Below are positions 63,600-64,000 of a DNA stretch of 64,000 nt, piece after piece. The stretch comes from Salpingoeca rosetta (lineage: Eukaryota > Protista > Choanoflagellata): assembly GCA_033442325.1 (NCBI GenBank), contig JAWQFM010000005.1, positions 794,165 to 858,164 of the forward strand, written 5' to 3'. Numbering within the stretch: the first letter of the stretch is position 1; each line of letters begins with the position of its first letter. The notes under the pieces are model-generated. The model made no database searches. It worked only from the letters and a program-made list of their open reading frames with translations, and was not told the DNA's origin. Both the position numbers and the translations under genes were made by a program.

Positions 63600-64000
63600 C
63601 GGCAAAGGGGAGGGGGGGGGGAGGAAGCGGAGGAAGGGCGTGTGTGTGTGCATGCGTGTATGTGTGTGCATGCGTGTATGTGTTTGCGTGTGTGTGCGCA
63701 TGTGTAAATGCGTGTTTGCAGTTTGAGGGTCGTCCCAAATGTTGGTCAACGCAGCTGTTCTGGATCGTGCAAGGCGACTACTTTGCATGACGTAACATGG
63801 CCCTGTTCACCTGCTCATTGCAGCGCCCAATAAATGCTCCCTCTAAACATGCAAGCAAGCTCGTATGTCATGTACTGTAACAGAACACACCACCACGCGC
63901 ACACACACGAACGCGCACACAACGCTCTTCGTCACCGTTGTGTTTGTGTCACGGCCTAGAATTCAAGGTTTTACCACAGCGAGCGATGATGGTTCTGGAA

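Overview
Intron-rich, GC-rich eukaryotic DNA with (CA/GT)n-filled GT-AG introns and two N gaps. The style and gene content suggest a choanoflagellate such as Salpingoeca rosetta; this is inferred, not database-checked. Most ORFs in the supplied track are microsatellite or antisense shadows, so genes were spliced by hand. About 13 genes were found: LanC-like; HET/TIR-like-TPR-CaaX; a 10-exon Rab-Roc-COR-TIR-SAM-CaaX fusion; polyQ GRAB golgin; GLRX5; L-type lectin; MEA1-like; myosin with tandem WW tail; ASCC3; a partial beta-propeller repeat gene; TMTC with a fused thioredoxin domain; U1A/U2B''; and a bacterial-type secreted multicopper oxidase. The most striking item is the ~1337-aa dual-GTPase Roco protein. 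It has a Rab1-like GTPase in place of LRRs, a SARM1-like TIR that keeps the catalytic Glu, a SAM domain and a CaaX box. It lies tail-to-tail with a second CaaX-ended TIR-like/TPR gene, and the two form a candidate membrane-anchored NADase/immune module. A truncated inverted copy of its TIR-SAM tail, interrupted by a solo-LTR-like insert, lies ~56 kb away. A ~575-bp compositionally alien segment sits where a conserved TMTC exon is expected.
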